Shown in pieces: positions 26,419-35,079 of a stretch of 35,376 bases of DNA (position 1 is the stretch's first letter; the number at the start of each line of letters is the position of its first letter). The notes under the pieces were generated by a model, which was given only the letters and a program-made list of their open reading frames with translations, had not been told where the DNA came from and ran no database searches. The position numbers and the translations under genes are program-made. Origin of the DNA: a virus (taxonomy: Duplodnaviria; Caudoviricetes); IMG/VR virus record IMGVR_UViG_3300033562_001787, positions 1-35,376 of that record; one strand, written 5' to 3'.

Positions 26419-26476
26419 TTAGGTAATTAAAAAAGGAAATTGTATCTTTGAATATTGAAAACCGAAGGTTTCAATA
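26419..26476 (+). promoter_or_regulatory. Plus-strand Bacteroidota-like promoter followed by a C-GAA-G hairpin
   Basis: TTAG(26419-22)-N20-TATCTTTG(26443-50), then TATTGAAA-A-CC-GAA-GG-TTTCAATA (26453-26476). Confidence 0.5.
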
Positions 26477-26716
26477 AAAAATACCTTGCCCCTCATTTAA
26501 TGTATTTTAAGTTTATTAAAAGTGGAACAGTTTTAAAGAGAATGAAAATGCTTTCTTTAAATTTTAAAAGGAAGTTTTATTTTATGATTTTATTCCTTTT
26601 ATTCTATATTTTATAGAGTGTGTTAGAAAGTGTTTTTATTTTCGGTAAAGTTATAATAAAATTTTGGATAAAAGTATAGTTTCAATGTTAAATTAATATT
26701 AATAAATTAAAATATA

Positions 26717-29227
26717 TTATTTACCTAATTTATTAATTTTTATATCTAAATCTCTTTGTACTCTAACATCTGATTTATATGCTTTACTCATTAATCTTTC
26801 ACCATCAATTTCCAATGTAATGTTAGAAACAATAGCAACTTTTTTATCTGAAAATTCTACTTGAATAGGTTTACTTAATAAATCAGCTAATTGAGCAAAA
26901 GCAGAACCTTTGGATGTGTTCATATTAGAAATAGAATTAATTGCACTTTCAACAGCAGCAAAATCTTCTTTACTACCAGTTAATACAGTACTAATTTGTT
27001 TAAAAGCATCACCTATTATACTAAATTTTGGAGCAGTATTAGCTAATAAAGTTAATGTATTCAAGCTTGATTTATCTATTCCAGAAAATGCTGTAAATAA
27101 TGTAGCAACACCAGAAGCAGCAGTACCGATACCTGATACTACACTACCAAAACCTGAAACAATTTCACCAATTCCTTTAAACATATATCCTAAACCAGCA
27201 CCAGCAACACCAATACCAGCACCAACTAATGCTATTGCACCACCTAATCCTAATAAACCTGGTGTAGCAGCAAGAGCAGCAATACCTGTTGTTGTTATAG
27301 AAGGTGTTAAAAACATTAAAACAGTGGCAAGACCCATACCAACACCTTCTAACCAAGCCATAGTGGTAACTATTTCCTTAAGAATTTTAGCTTTCTCAAT
27401 ATCTAATCCTTGCATTGCATTAGCTAATAAACTAATACCACCAGCAGCAATACCTATACCAGCACCAGCACCTAAAGCAGCAGCACCTATACCTATTCCA
27501 CCACGCATAGCACCAAGACCAGCATTTTTACTTGATACAAATCTACCTGTTTTTTTATCTCTAGCTTGTCCACCACCCCAATTAAATAAACTTCCCGATT
27601 TAGGTGTAAAACTAGTACCTCTGGCAGCAGCTATGCCCAACATTATGGTATTATATGTTCCAACGAGTAATTTTGATGCAGCCTGTAATAATAAAACACC
27701 ACCTAAAAATTTACCGAAACCACCTAATACATTTTTAAAACCTTCACTAGTATTTGATAATGCTGATGCAATATCTCTAAATGGTGTTAATACAGCAGTC
27801 ATACCCCTCATTAATGGTATTAATGTAGTTTTTAATGCAGCTACCATTGATTCAAGTGATTCATTAAATGTTAATGCATCTTTAGCTCTAATATCTAAAT
27901 TAGTTTTTTGAACTTCTAATGCTTTTACATCTTGTGCTGTTAATTGACTAATATCTTTTCTAGCATTACCTACCTGAACAAGAAATTTACCCACTTTAGT
28001 ATCAAATGTTGCTTGTCCTGTAATTAGCTCTTTATCTTTAGTAGAAAATCCTGTACCCAATAACATTTGTTTCATCTTACTCATATCACCCATTCTTTCA
28101 GCTTGTTCGGTAATATTTTCAAGACTTATACCTGTTGCTTTAGCTACAGCTTCTAATCTATCTCTATCAGCAGGTGAAATAAATTTTTCGAATGTACCAT
28201 CAGCCATTTTTCTGAATGTAACTAATCCTTTGGTCATTTCATTCATTCGTTTAGCAAATTCATCTGGTGCATTACGAGAAAGATATAACATTTGAAATGG
28301 ATCAGTTTTTGCAAATTCACCACCCATTACCTGTAATTGTGCAGCTAAATCAATAGATTTTTCAAGATTATTAGCCATTTTACTTGACTGAATAGATTCA
28401 GCCATATCCATTTTCATTTGTTCTGCGTATTGAGCCATTTTTGCATAGCCTTGTACACCAGAATTAAATGACATGGTTTGTAATTTTTTAAAATTATTAG
28501 CAATATTATTTAATACCTTAGTAGTATTAATACCCATACGTTCAGATGTATCAACAACACCTTGGACATATTCCATTGTACGTTTAGTATCAATACCCAT
28601 TATTTGAAATTGAGCACCTAATTTAGTAGCCTGTTCAACACCTATTCCTGTACCTTTTCCTATTAAGATTATATCATGAAGCATATTAGCAGTCAATACT
28701 TGCGCTCTACCAGTTTCTTCAGCAAAACCTGTTTGAATTTTACCAATATCTTCAATAGTTGCCCCAAGTAAAGCAGCATTAGCAGCAGCACTTTCAAATG
28801 ATTTTCTCATTTCAAATGCTTTATTACCACTTAATCCTAAATTTAAAATTGTTGTACGAATTATCTTATCTTGATCGTTAAGTACTTTTAATATACCTGT
28901 TTGATACCAATAACTTTTTGTAAGTAAACCTAAAATAGAACCCCTATTTTCAATACTTTTCTTTTCTAAATTAATTTCTTTTTCTAAAGCTCTATTATTA
29001 TCATTATAAGTTTTTAATTGATCTTCTGATACTTTACTACCAGATTCTCTTATTTTTAAAAACTCAAGTTCTTGAATTCTTTTTTTTACAGCAAAAGCTT
29101 CCATTTTAGCTTCATGCTGTGCTTGAGCATTATTAAAATTACTTATATTAGCATTATATCTATTTAAATATTCTGCTTGCTGATTTAAAAATTCAAGTTC
29201 AGTTTGTTGATTTTTAGTAAAAGCCAT
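26717..29227 (-). CDS. Tail tape measure protein
   Basis: 836 aa, helical and Ala-rich, with an RDKKTGRF motif and Gly/Ala hydrophobic segments. Lies between the tail chaperone and baseplate genes. Confidence 0.85.
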   Translation of the reverse strand: MAFTKNQQTELEFLNQQAEYLNRYNANISNFNNAQAQHEAKMEAFAVKKRIQELEFLKIRESGSKVSEDQLKTYNDNNRALEKEINLEKKSIENRGSILGLLTKSYWYQTGILKVLNDQDKIIRTTILNLGLSGNKAFEMRKSFESAAANAALLGATIEDIGKIQTGFAEETGRAQVLTANMLHDIILIGKGTGIGVEQATKLGAQFQIMGIDTKRTMEYVQGVVDTSERMGINTTKVLNNIANNFKKLQTMSFNSGVQGYAKMAQYAEQMKMDMAESIQSSKMANNLEKSIDLAAQLQVMGGEFAKTDPFQMLYLSRNAPDEFAKRMNEMTKGLVTFRKMADGTFEKFISPADRDRLEAVAKATGISLENITEQAERMGDMSKMKQMLLGTGFSTKDKELITGQATFDTKVGKFLVQVGNARKDISQLTAQDVKALEVQKTNLDIRAKDALTFNESLESMVAALKTTLIPLMRGMTAVLTPFRDIASALSNTSEGFKNVLGGFGKFLGGVLLLQAASKLLVGTYNTIMLGIAAARGTSFTPKSGSLFNWGGGQARDKKTGRFVSSKNAGLGAMRGGIGIGAAALGAGAGIGIAAGGISLLANAMQGLDIEKAKILKEIVTTMAWLEGVGMGLATVLMFLTPSITTTGIAALAATPGLLGLGGAIALVGAGIGVAGAGLGYMFKGIGEIVSGFGSVVSGIGTAASGVATLFTAFSGIDKSSLNTLTLLANTAPKFSIIGDAFKQISTVLTGSKEDFAAVESAINSISNMNTSKGSAFAQLADLLSKPIQVEFSDKKVAIVSNITLEIDGERLMSKAYKSDVRVQRDLDIKINKLGK

Positions 29228-29245
29228 TATTTTATTGGTTTATAT

Positions 29246-29254
29246 ATAAATACT
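29246..29254 (-). promoter_or_regulatory. AGTATTTAT motif (putative late promoter)
   Basis: 18 nt upstream of the ATG at 29227. Confidence 0.65.
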
Positions 29255-29263
29255 TAATTATAT

Positions 29264-29299
29264 AAAACAAGAAGGTAGACATAGCTACCTTCTTGTTTT
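29264..29299. terminator. Perfect 15-bp stem-loop, bidirectional-type intrinsic terminator
   Basis: AAAACAAGAAGGTAG-ACATAG-CTACCTTCTTGTTTT. Confidence 0.8.
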
Positions 29300-29485
29300 T
29301 ATTTTATCTTGTTCTTTCTTCATTTCTTCATTCTCTTTTTCAAGTAGATGAAGAAAATATCTTCTTTTATAAACTGGAATAGATTCAACATATTCTGCCT
29401 GAAATTTACCATGTTTTGTTAACACATAAATTTCATCATTTACCATTTTTTTATATTTCGCTAATCCAGACTTGGGAAAAAAAAA
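29285..29485 (-). CDS. Unannotated second tail-chaperone ORF, in the -1 frame of 29461..30348 (or started from its own ATG at 29446)
   Basis: FFFPKSGLAKYKKMVNDEIYVLTKHGKFQAEYVESIPVYKRRYFLHLLEKENEEMKKEQDKIKTRR*. The P...R..F...L pattern is typical of the downstream chaperone segment found before tape measure genes. Confidence 0.75.
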   Translation of the reverse strand, partial: FFFPKSGLAKYKKMVNDEIYVLTKHGKFQAEYVESIPVYKRRYFLHLLEKENEEMKKEQDKIKTRR

Positions 29486-30348
29486 TCCATTCCAACACTC
29501 AAATAACTTTTAAATTTATAACCATCATTAGTAGTAAATTCATATTGCATATCAACATCAGGTGACACCTCTAATAATTTACGTCTAATAGTTAATGCAT
29601 CTAATGCTGGCATAGCATCTACAAATTTATCAATGTAATTACGATCAGTTTTTTCATTAACTGCAACAATATGAGCTTTTAATTTCATGGTATTATAATC
29701 ACTAAATTCTTGACTATATGCATCTTTAATATCATTAGCTTTTTTTTGTAATTTACTTAAATCACCAGAAGAAATTAATCTAAATGTTATAGTTTTCTTT
29801 CTCATTGGAATATCTACAGTAAAATGTCCATATTCATCAGGTAATTCAACTAATTCTTTATATTGTAATTTAAGTAAATCTACAGTAGTTTTAAAAGCTA
29901 TACCTGTCCTAGGATCAGCAGCTTGCACACTATAATTTGAACCATAAGATGAGGTTCTTAAGAATAGAATAATAGCATTTCTATCACCTTCCAATAAATC
30001 TTCAACAACAACTCCTTGAGATTTAATTTTACGTTTAAGTAAAATATCTAAAACACTACCATTTTCAACCAATGAAGGTGTAGTTAATAAATCTTCATCC
30101 TTTGAAGTCATATATTCAACATTTACTTCACTTAATCCATTCTGGTAAAATAATCCATTTGAAGGTAATTTAATAGTTTCGTAAACAGTCATTAAATCTG
30201 GATCAGTTTCCTTACTCATATTTTTTTCAAATTCGTCTTTATTAAAACTATATTTAGGTACTGAATCACCTACTACTGGATTAGTTCCTTCTTTAAATTT
30301 TCTTAAAGAGTCTGCAATTAATTCTTTTTGTGTTTTTTCTTCTGACAT
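29461..30348 (-). CDS. T4 gp26-like baseplate hub / tail assembly chaperone
   Basis: IKLPSNG..Y, YMTSKDEDLL, DLLEGDRNAI..FLR..SYG, a second related domain (DIPMRKKTITFRL), and a DFFFP end. Upstream of the tape measure gene. Confidence 0.8.
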   Translation of the reverse strand: MSEEKTQKELIADSLRKFKEGTNPVVGDSVPKYSFNKDEFEKNMSKETDPDLMTVYETIKLPSNGLFYQNGLSEVNVEYMTSKDEDLLTTPSLVENGSVLDILLKRKIKSQGVVVEDLLEGDRNAIILFLRTSSYGSNYSVQAADPRTGIAFKTTVDLLKLQYKELVELPDEYGHFTVDIPMRKKTITFRLISSGDLSKLQKKANDIKDAYSQEFSDYNTMKLKAHIVAVNEKTDRNYIDKFVDAMPALDALTIRRKLLEVSPDVDMQYEFTTNDGYKFKSYLSVGMDFFFPSLD

Positions 30349-30382
30349 AATATATATTTATAGTTTTTTATTAATTTTTATT

Positions 30383-30391
30383 ATAAATACT
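30383..30391 (-). promoter_or_regulatory. AGTATTTAT motif (putative late promoter)
   Basis: 34 nt upstream of the ATG at 30348, in the divergent intergenic region. Confidence 0.6.
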
Positions 30392-30443
30392 CATATAAAA
30401 AAAATAAATGTTTGTTTTTATCGTATAATATTATATAAGAATA

Positions 30444-31274
30444 ATGATTATGAATTATAAATCAAAATATTTGACTGATCTTACTGAATCAGTAAATAGT
30501 GGAGAAGTAAATAAAGAATTAACTGATTTTAGTAATAAACTAGCTACAACAAATTTTAATAAGTTTGGTTGGAAAGAAAAACTAAAAGAAGTTGAGAAAA
30601 TTTGGTTAGAGTATTCTAATGATGAAAATTATTTCACTAAAATACTTGGAAAAACTCCTGAAGAAATAACAGAAGCAGAACAAGGGTATAAAGACTATAT
30701 GGTTAATAATAATGTTAAGACCTATGACGATAGAGTTTCACCTATGGTTGTTAATGGTTTATTAAATAGCACTTCTTACTTAACTGATGAAAGAAGTCCA
30801 TATGAGTTTTTATTATTTAATGAAACCTTCGATACAAAACATATTGCCGAATGGGTTGATGTGCAAATAATTTATGAAATTGCATTAAATGATCCAATAG
30901 TAAAAGCAAAACAGAAAATTTACGATAATAATAAAGATTTTATTGTAGAAACTTTAGTTGATCTTAAAACCAGAAATAAATATAGGGTAGCAAATATGCT
31001 TGAATGCGTTGATAACGCAATTTCATTATATGAAAATACTGAAAACGTTGTTATTAATAAAGATAAAATTGATAGTGTATTATTACCAATCATTAACGAA
31101 TTGTATTTAGATTTTAACGCTTATGAATTTATAGATAATTATAATAAAGCATATAAAAAATTTGGAAAAGGATTTTTAATTTTTGATGGAAGAAAATCAC
31201 CAGATTTTGCTGAAATGTTTATCGAACAATATTGTAGACCATATAGATTAAAAAACGAAATAAAACTTTTTTAA
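30444..31274 (+). CDS. Hypothetical protein (276 aa)
   Basis: First ORF of the plus-strand block. The start may be 30450. No family recognised. Confidence 0.75.
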   Translation: MIMNYKSKYLTDLTESVNSGEVNKELTDFSNKLATTNFNKFGWKEKLKEVEKIWLEYSNDENYFTKILGKTPEEITEAEQGYKDYMVNNNVKTYDDRVSPMVVNGLLNSTSYLTDERSPYEFLLFNETFDTKHIAEWVDVQIIYEIALNDPIVKAKQKIYDNNKDFIVETLVDLKTRNKYRVANMLECVDNAISLYENTENVVINKDKIDSVLLPIINELYLDFNAYEFIDNYNKAYKKFGKGFLIFDGRKSPDFAEMFIEQYCRPYRLKNEIKLF

Positions 31275-31275
31275 A

Positions 31276-31539
31276 ATGAATAAAACCTATGTATTATATA
31301 TTGGTACAAGAAATGTTAGAACAAGTGATATTAGTGAATATCTTGAAAAAATAGCTGATAGAATATTTCCTATTCCACTACCTGAAGAAGCAACTGTTTT
31401 GATTTTACCAACAGATACTACTGAAAATAGATTAGAATGTATTGATCCATTATATATAACTAGTGAAGAATTAATATATAAGCACAATACATTATTAGCT
31501 GAATTAAACATGAATATAAAAAATATAACAAATGGATAA
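31276..31539 (+). CDS. Hypothetical protein (87 aa)
   Basis: Tightly coupled to both neighbouring genes. Confidence 0.7.
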   Translation: MNKTYVLYIGTRNVRTSDISEYLEKIADRIFPIPLPEEATVLILPTDTTENRLECIDPLYITSEELIYKHNTLLAELNMNIKNITNG

Positions 31540-32326
31540 TAAAATAAGAATAGGAATTGATATTAATGAAGTGTTACGTGCAAGATGGTTGCAGTTTGAT
31601 AAATATTATTACGAAGAATTTGGTGATGAAGGTATTCCAGAACAACCATACGTATATGATTTCTTTAATACTTATAAATGGAAAGATACAACAGAAACAA
31701 CTAAATTTTTAAAAGAACCAGATGCAATGCCTGATGATATTAATCCTCAGTTTTATCAACTAGATGAAAATGGTAATGCATTAGCTGATTCATTTTTATT
31801 TGAACCTTCTGAAGAACTTAAATTAAGTGCCAAAGAAGTATATAATCGTTTTTTATATCAAGATTATGTTTTTGAAATATTTGGTAGTGCACAACGAATG
31901 TATAAACAACTTGATTTACATTTTAAAAATTTTTGTATTGATTATGGTGATGATCTTGAAATAGTAATAGTATCTAAAGAAAATTTCTTTTCAATAGTAC
32001 CTACACTTCACTTTCTAAGTATGATTGGTAGTAGGGCAACAAAATATGTATTTACAGAATCAAATGAAGAAATTTGGGAAAATGTAGATATTTTAGTAAC
32101 TGCTGACCCTGAATTACTTAATAATGTTCCAGACGATAAATATGTTATTAAAGTAATGCGTCCTTTCAATGTTGAAATTAAAAAAGATTTCGAAATTATG
32201 GAAATTAATGATTTAAATAAACTTGAAAAACCATATAATATTGATATAAATAGTAAGGAATATGAAGCATATTTAGAATATGAAAAATATAATAAAAATA
32301 GTAAATTTTTAAAATTAATTAAATAA
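31532..32326 (+). CDS. HAD-superfamily 5'-nucleotidase (NT5C)-like protein with degenerate motifs
   Basis: IGIDINEVLR (DxN instead of DxD), IVIVS, and DILVTADP where D.LIDD.P is usual. Confidence 0.65.
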   Translation: MDNKIRIGIDINEVLRARWLQFDKYYYEEFGDEGIPEQPYVYDFFNTYKWKDTTETTKFLKEPDAMPDDINPQFYQLDENGNALADSFLFEPSEELKLSAKEVYNRFLYQDYVFEIFGSAQRMYKQLDLHFKNFCIDYGDDLEIVIVSKENFFSIVPTLHFLSMIGSRATKYVFTESNEEIWENVDILVTADPELLNNVPDDKYVIKVMRPFNVEIKKDFEIMEINDLNKLEKPYNIDINSKEYEAYLEYEKYNKNSKFLKLIK

Positions 32327-33459
32327 TGGCAAAAGAAGTAATTGAAACTGAAATTAATTCCATAGAATTGGAAAAAATTGAAAAAATAAAAAAGTCGTTA
32401 GAAAATATACAGAATAAAAAAACTAAATTTTTATTTTGTGTTGCTGACACTCAAATACCTGTAGCATCTACATATGAAGTATATTTTCATGCAACAGTTG
32501 TGAAAAAAATGGGTTATGAAGTTACTATATTAACTGAAAGAGGTGATTATGTAATACCTACATGGATTGAATCTGAACTTACAGAACATAAGCATATATC
32601 TATGATGGATGCTAAACTAACAGTAGGCCCTGAAGATGTTATGGTAATTCCAGAAGTTTTTACTAATATTATGGAACAAACCAAAGACCTTCCTTGTATT
32701 AGAATTGTATTATTTCAATCAGTTGATTATACATTAAATAGTTTATTACCAGGTACTGATTGGAAATCATTTAATATTACTAATGTAATTACTACATCAC
32801 AATCTCTTAAAGAATTTATTGAAACCTATTATGGTATTAATAAATTTAATACTAAAATTTATAATATTGGTATTCCAGAATACTTTAAAGATACTGATGT
32901 ACCAAAAAAACCTATTATCTCTATTGTAGGTAGAAATTCAAATGAAATTTCTAAAATAGTTAAATTATTTTTTAGTAAATATCCTCAATATAGTTGGGTT
33001 ACATTTGATCCTATGTTAACAAAAACAAAACCAGCTCAACCAATGAGACGAATTGAATTTGCTAATAGATTAAGAGAAAATTTTGCTGCTATTTGGGTAG
33101 ATAGAATTGCATCTTTCGGAACATTTCCTCTTGAATGTATGAAATCAGGTGTACTTCCAATATGTTTAAAACCAGATATTACACCTGAATATATTATTGA
33201 AAGAGATGAAGATAATATTGCTGTGAGTGTTAATTCTGAAGCAGGTATTTGGACTTCTGATTATTATGAAATACCTACTATTATTGCTGATGCTATTCTT
33301 AATTATTTACAAGATGGTATACCTGATAGTCTTTATAATAATATGAAAGAGGTTTCAGAAAAATATAACCAAAAAAATGCTGAAGAACAATTAATTAAAA
33401 TTTATGGTGAATTCCTTAATGAAAGAATTGAATTGTTTGAAAATATGATTAAAAATTAA
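32326..33459 (+). CDS. GT-B (GT4-like) glycosyltransferase
   Basis: H...V..MGYEV, DVMVIPEV, FA..LRE, SFGTFPLECMKSG. Confidence 0.75.
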   Translation: MAKEVIETEINSIELEKIEKIKKSLENIQNKKTKFLFCVADTQIPVASTYEVYFHATVVKKMGYEVTILTERGDYVIPTWIESELTEHKHISMMDAKLTVGPEDVMVIPEVFTNIMEQTKDLPCIRIVLFQSVDYTLNSLLPGTDWKSFNITNVITTSQSLKEFIETYYGINKFNTKIYNIGIPEYFKDTDVPKKPIISIVGRNSNEISKIVKLFFSKYPQYSWVTFDPMLTKTKPAQPMRRIEFANRLRENFAAIWVDRIASFGTFPLECMKSGVLPICLKPDITPEYIIERDEDNIAVSVNSEAGIWTSDYYEIPTIIADAILNYLQDGIPDSLYNNMKEVSEKYNQKNAEEQLIKIYGEFLNERIELFENMIKN

Positions 33460-33466
33460 TATAAAG

Positions 33467-34267
33467 ATGAAAAAAGAATTAGCTATAATAATACCAGTAC
33501 ACAAGTATAACGAAGAGATTAAAGAATATTTAATTAAAGCTTTAAATAGTATTAAACAACAAACTGATTTAGAGAATATTATAATTAATATTATTTGTCC
33601 TAATGATATTAAACCAGAAATTATTGAATTAAACTCCAAAGATTTATTTTTTAATATTTTAACCAATTACACTGAGAAGTTTGATTATCAATCTCAGGTC
33701 AATACTGCAATTATGTTGTGTGAAACAGAATATTTTACTGTATTAGAATTTGATGATGAATTATCTAAAACATTTGTAAAAAATGTTGATCAGTATATTA
33801 ATGTATATCCTGATGTTGATTTGTTTATGTCGTTAATGATTGAAAAAAATAGTAAAGATGAAGGATTAAAATTTACTAATGAAATAGTATGGTCGCAACA
33901 GTTTGTAGGTGAAAATGGTGAAATTGGTGTATTAAATTTAGATTCGTTAAAACAATATAGTGATTTTAAATTATCAGGTGCTGTATTTAAACGTGATAAA
34001 TTTTTAGAGGTTGGCGGATATAAAACAAATATATTATTAACATTTATGTATGAATTTCTTTTAAGAGCACTAAACAATGGTCTTAAAATAATGTCAATAC
34101 CTAAAATTAATTATTCACATTTAGCTACAAGAGAAAATAGTTTATTTAATCAATATGCTAAAACAATGCCTATTCCAGAAAGAAAATTCTGGTTTGAGAT
34201 AGCATCTAAAGAATATAATTTTAAAAATGATAGAGTCATTGACTTATCTGCTTTAAAAAGTGTTTAA
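33467..34267 (+). CDS. GT-A (GT2) glycosyltransferase
   Basis: AIIIPVH, ALNSI..Q, QVN.A....TEYF.VLEFDD, GAVF....F..VGG.K, EFLLR. Confidence 0.8.
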   Translation: MKKELAIIIPVHKYNEEIKEYLIKALNSIKQQTDLENIIINIICPNDIKPEIIELNSKDLFFNILTNYTEKFDYQSQVNTAIMLCETEYFTVLEFDDELSKTFVKNVDQYINVYPDVDLFMSLMIEKNSKDEGLKFTNEIVWSQQFVGENGEIGVLNLDSLKQYSDFKLSGAVFKRDKFLEVGGYKTNILLTFMYEFLLRALNNGLKIMSIPKINYSHLATRENSLFNQYAKTMPIPERKFWFEIASKEYNFKNDRVIDLSALKSV

Positions 34268-34279
34268 TTTTTAAATTTA

Positions 34280-35047
34280 ATGGCTAAAATTAAAAAAAAT
34301 GGTAATTATTTTGGTGAAAGGGAAGAGAAAGCAGTAATTGATTTTATACACTCAGATTCCTTAGAAGAACGAAATAATATATATAATTCAATATTGATTG
34401 AACCTTTTAAAATTATGATTCAATCAATATTGAGAGTATATCCTATTCATATAGGAAACTTTACAATGATTGAGGTAGAATCAGATGCTTTAGTACATTT
34501 AATTGATAGAATGGAACGTTACGATCCTGATACAATCACTAAAGCTGGAAATAAAACTAAAGCATATAGTTATTGTCAAACTATAGTTAGAAATTATTTT
34601 AAAGATCATGGTAGAAAAACTTATAATGAAAAAAAAATAAATCTTAATTATGATGATTATGTTGATGAATTTTCTAATAGTGACGAATATTCTTACGAAT
34701 TAGATTATCGTGATGTACATGATACTACTGATTATTTAGAATTACTTATTAATGGAGTTATTGATAAAATTGAAGAAAAAATTAATAACGAAAATAATAA
34801 TCTAAAGAAGAATGAAATTATTGTTGGTGATGCTATTATTAATATATTAAAAAATTGGAAAATTCTGTTTTTAGAAGATACACCTGATGCTAAATATAAT
34901 AAAAAAATTACCAATAAATTTGCTAAAAATAAAATTTTATTCTTTATAAAAGAACAAACAGGTCTGTGTACCAAAGATATAAGATCATCAATAAAATGTT
35001 TTAAGGAATTATATCTTTTTGAAAAAGAAACGCATATACATAAATAA
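34280..35047 (+). CDS. Putative phage sigma factor (T4 gp55-like, region 2 only)
   Basis: N-terminal NYF, ESDALVHL......YDP......KAYSY...IVRNYF, resembling sigma region 2 (gp55 AFAYFTQI-type segment). Confidence 0.55.
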   Translation: MAKIKKNGNYFGEREEKAVIDFIHSDSLEERNNIYNSILIEPFKIMIQSILRVYPIHIGNFTMIEVESDALVHLIDRMERYDPDTITKAGNKTKAYSYCQTIVRNYFKDHGRKTYNEKKINLNYDDYVDEFSNSDEYSYELDYRDVHDTTDYLELLINGVIDKIEEKINNENNNLKKNEIIVGDAIINILKNWKILFLEDTPDAKYNKKITNKFAKNKILFFIKEQTGLCTKDIRSSIKCFKELYLFEKETHIHK

Positions 35048-35056
35048 AATTTTTAT

Positions 35057-35064
35057 GTATTTAT
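35057..35064 (+). promoter_or_regulatory. GTATTTAT motif on the plus strand (putative late promoter)
   Basis: 15 nt upstream of the ATG at 35080. Its orientation follows the gene strand. Confidence 0.6.
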
Positions 35065-35079
35065 ATAAAACTAAACACA

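Noticed and set aside
26542-26616. 24-aa hydrophobic ORF MKMLSLNFKRKFYFMILFLLFYIL (type I toxin-like)
   Set aside because: Hydrophobicity follows trivially from the T-rich DNA, and there is no independent support for translation.
26910-27911. 333-aa plus-strand ORF antisense to the tape measure gene
   Set aside because: Shadow frame of Gly/Ala-rich codons (Pro/Ala-rich translation), with a TTG start and full overlap with a well-supported gene.
22911-30348. Stand-alone extracellular contractile injection system or tailocin
   Set aside because: Linked to phage replication genes (SSB, UvsX, RNase H-like), a homing-type endonuclease and a sigma-like gene, which fits a phage genome.
3363-34974. 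Short track ORFs nested in or antisense to larger genes (3363, 3482, 3771, 7964, 8681, 9701, 10852, 14381, 16152, 24340, 31287, 33391, 33790, 34732)
   Set aside because: They lie entirely or almost entirely within supported genes, show no motifs, and have compositions typical of off-frame translation.
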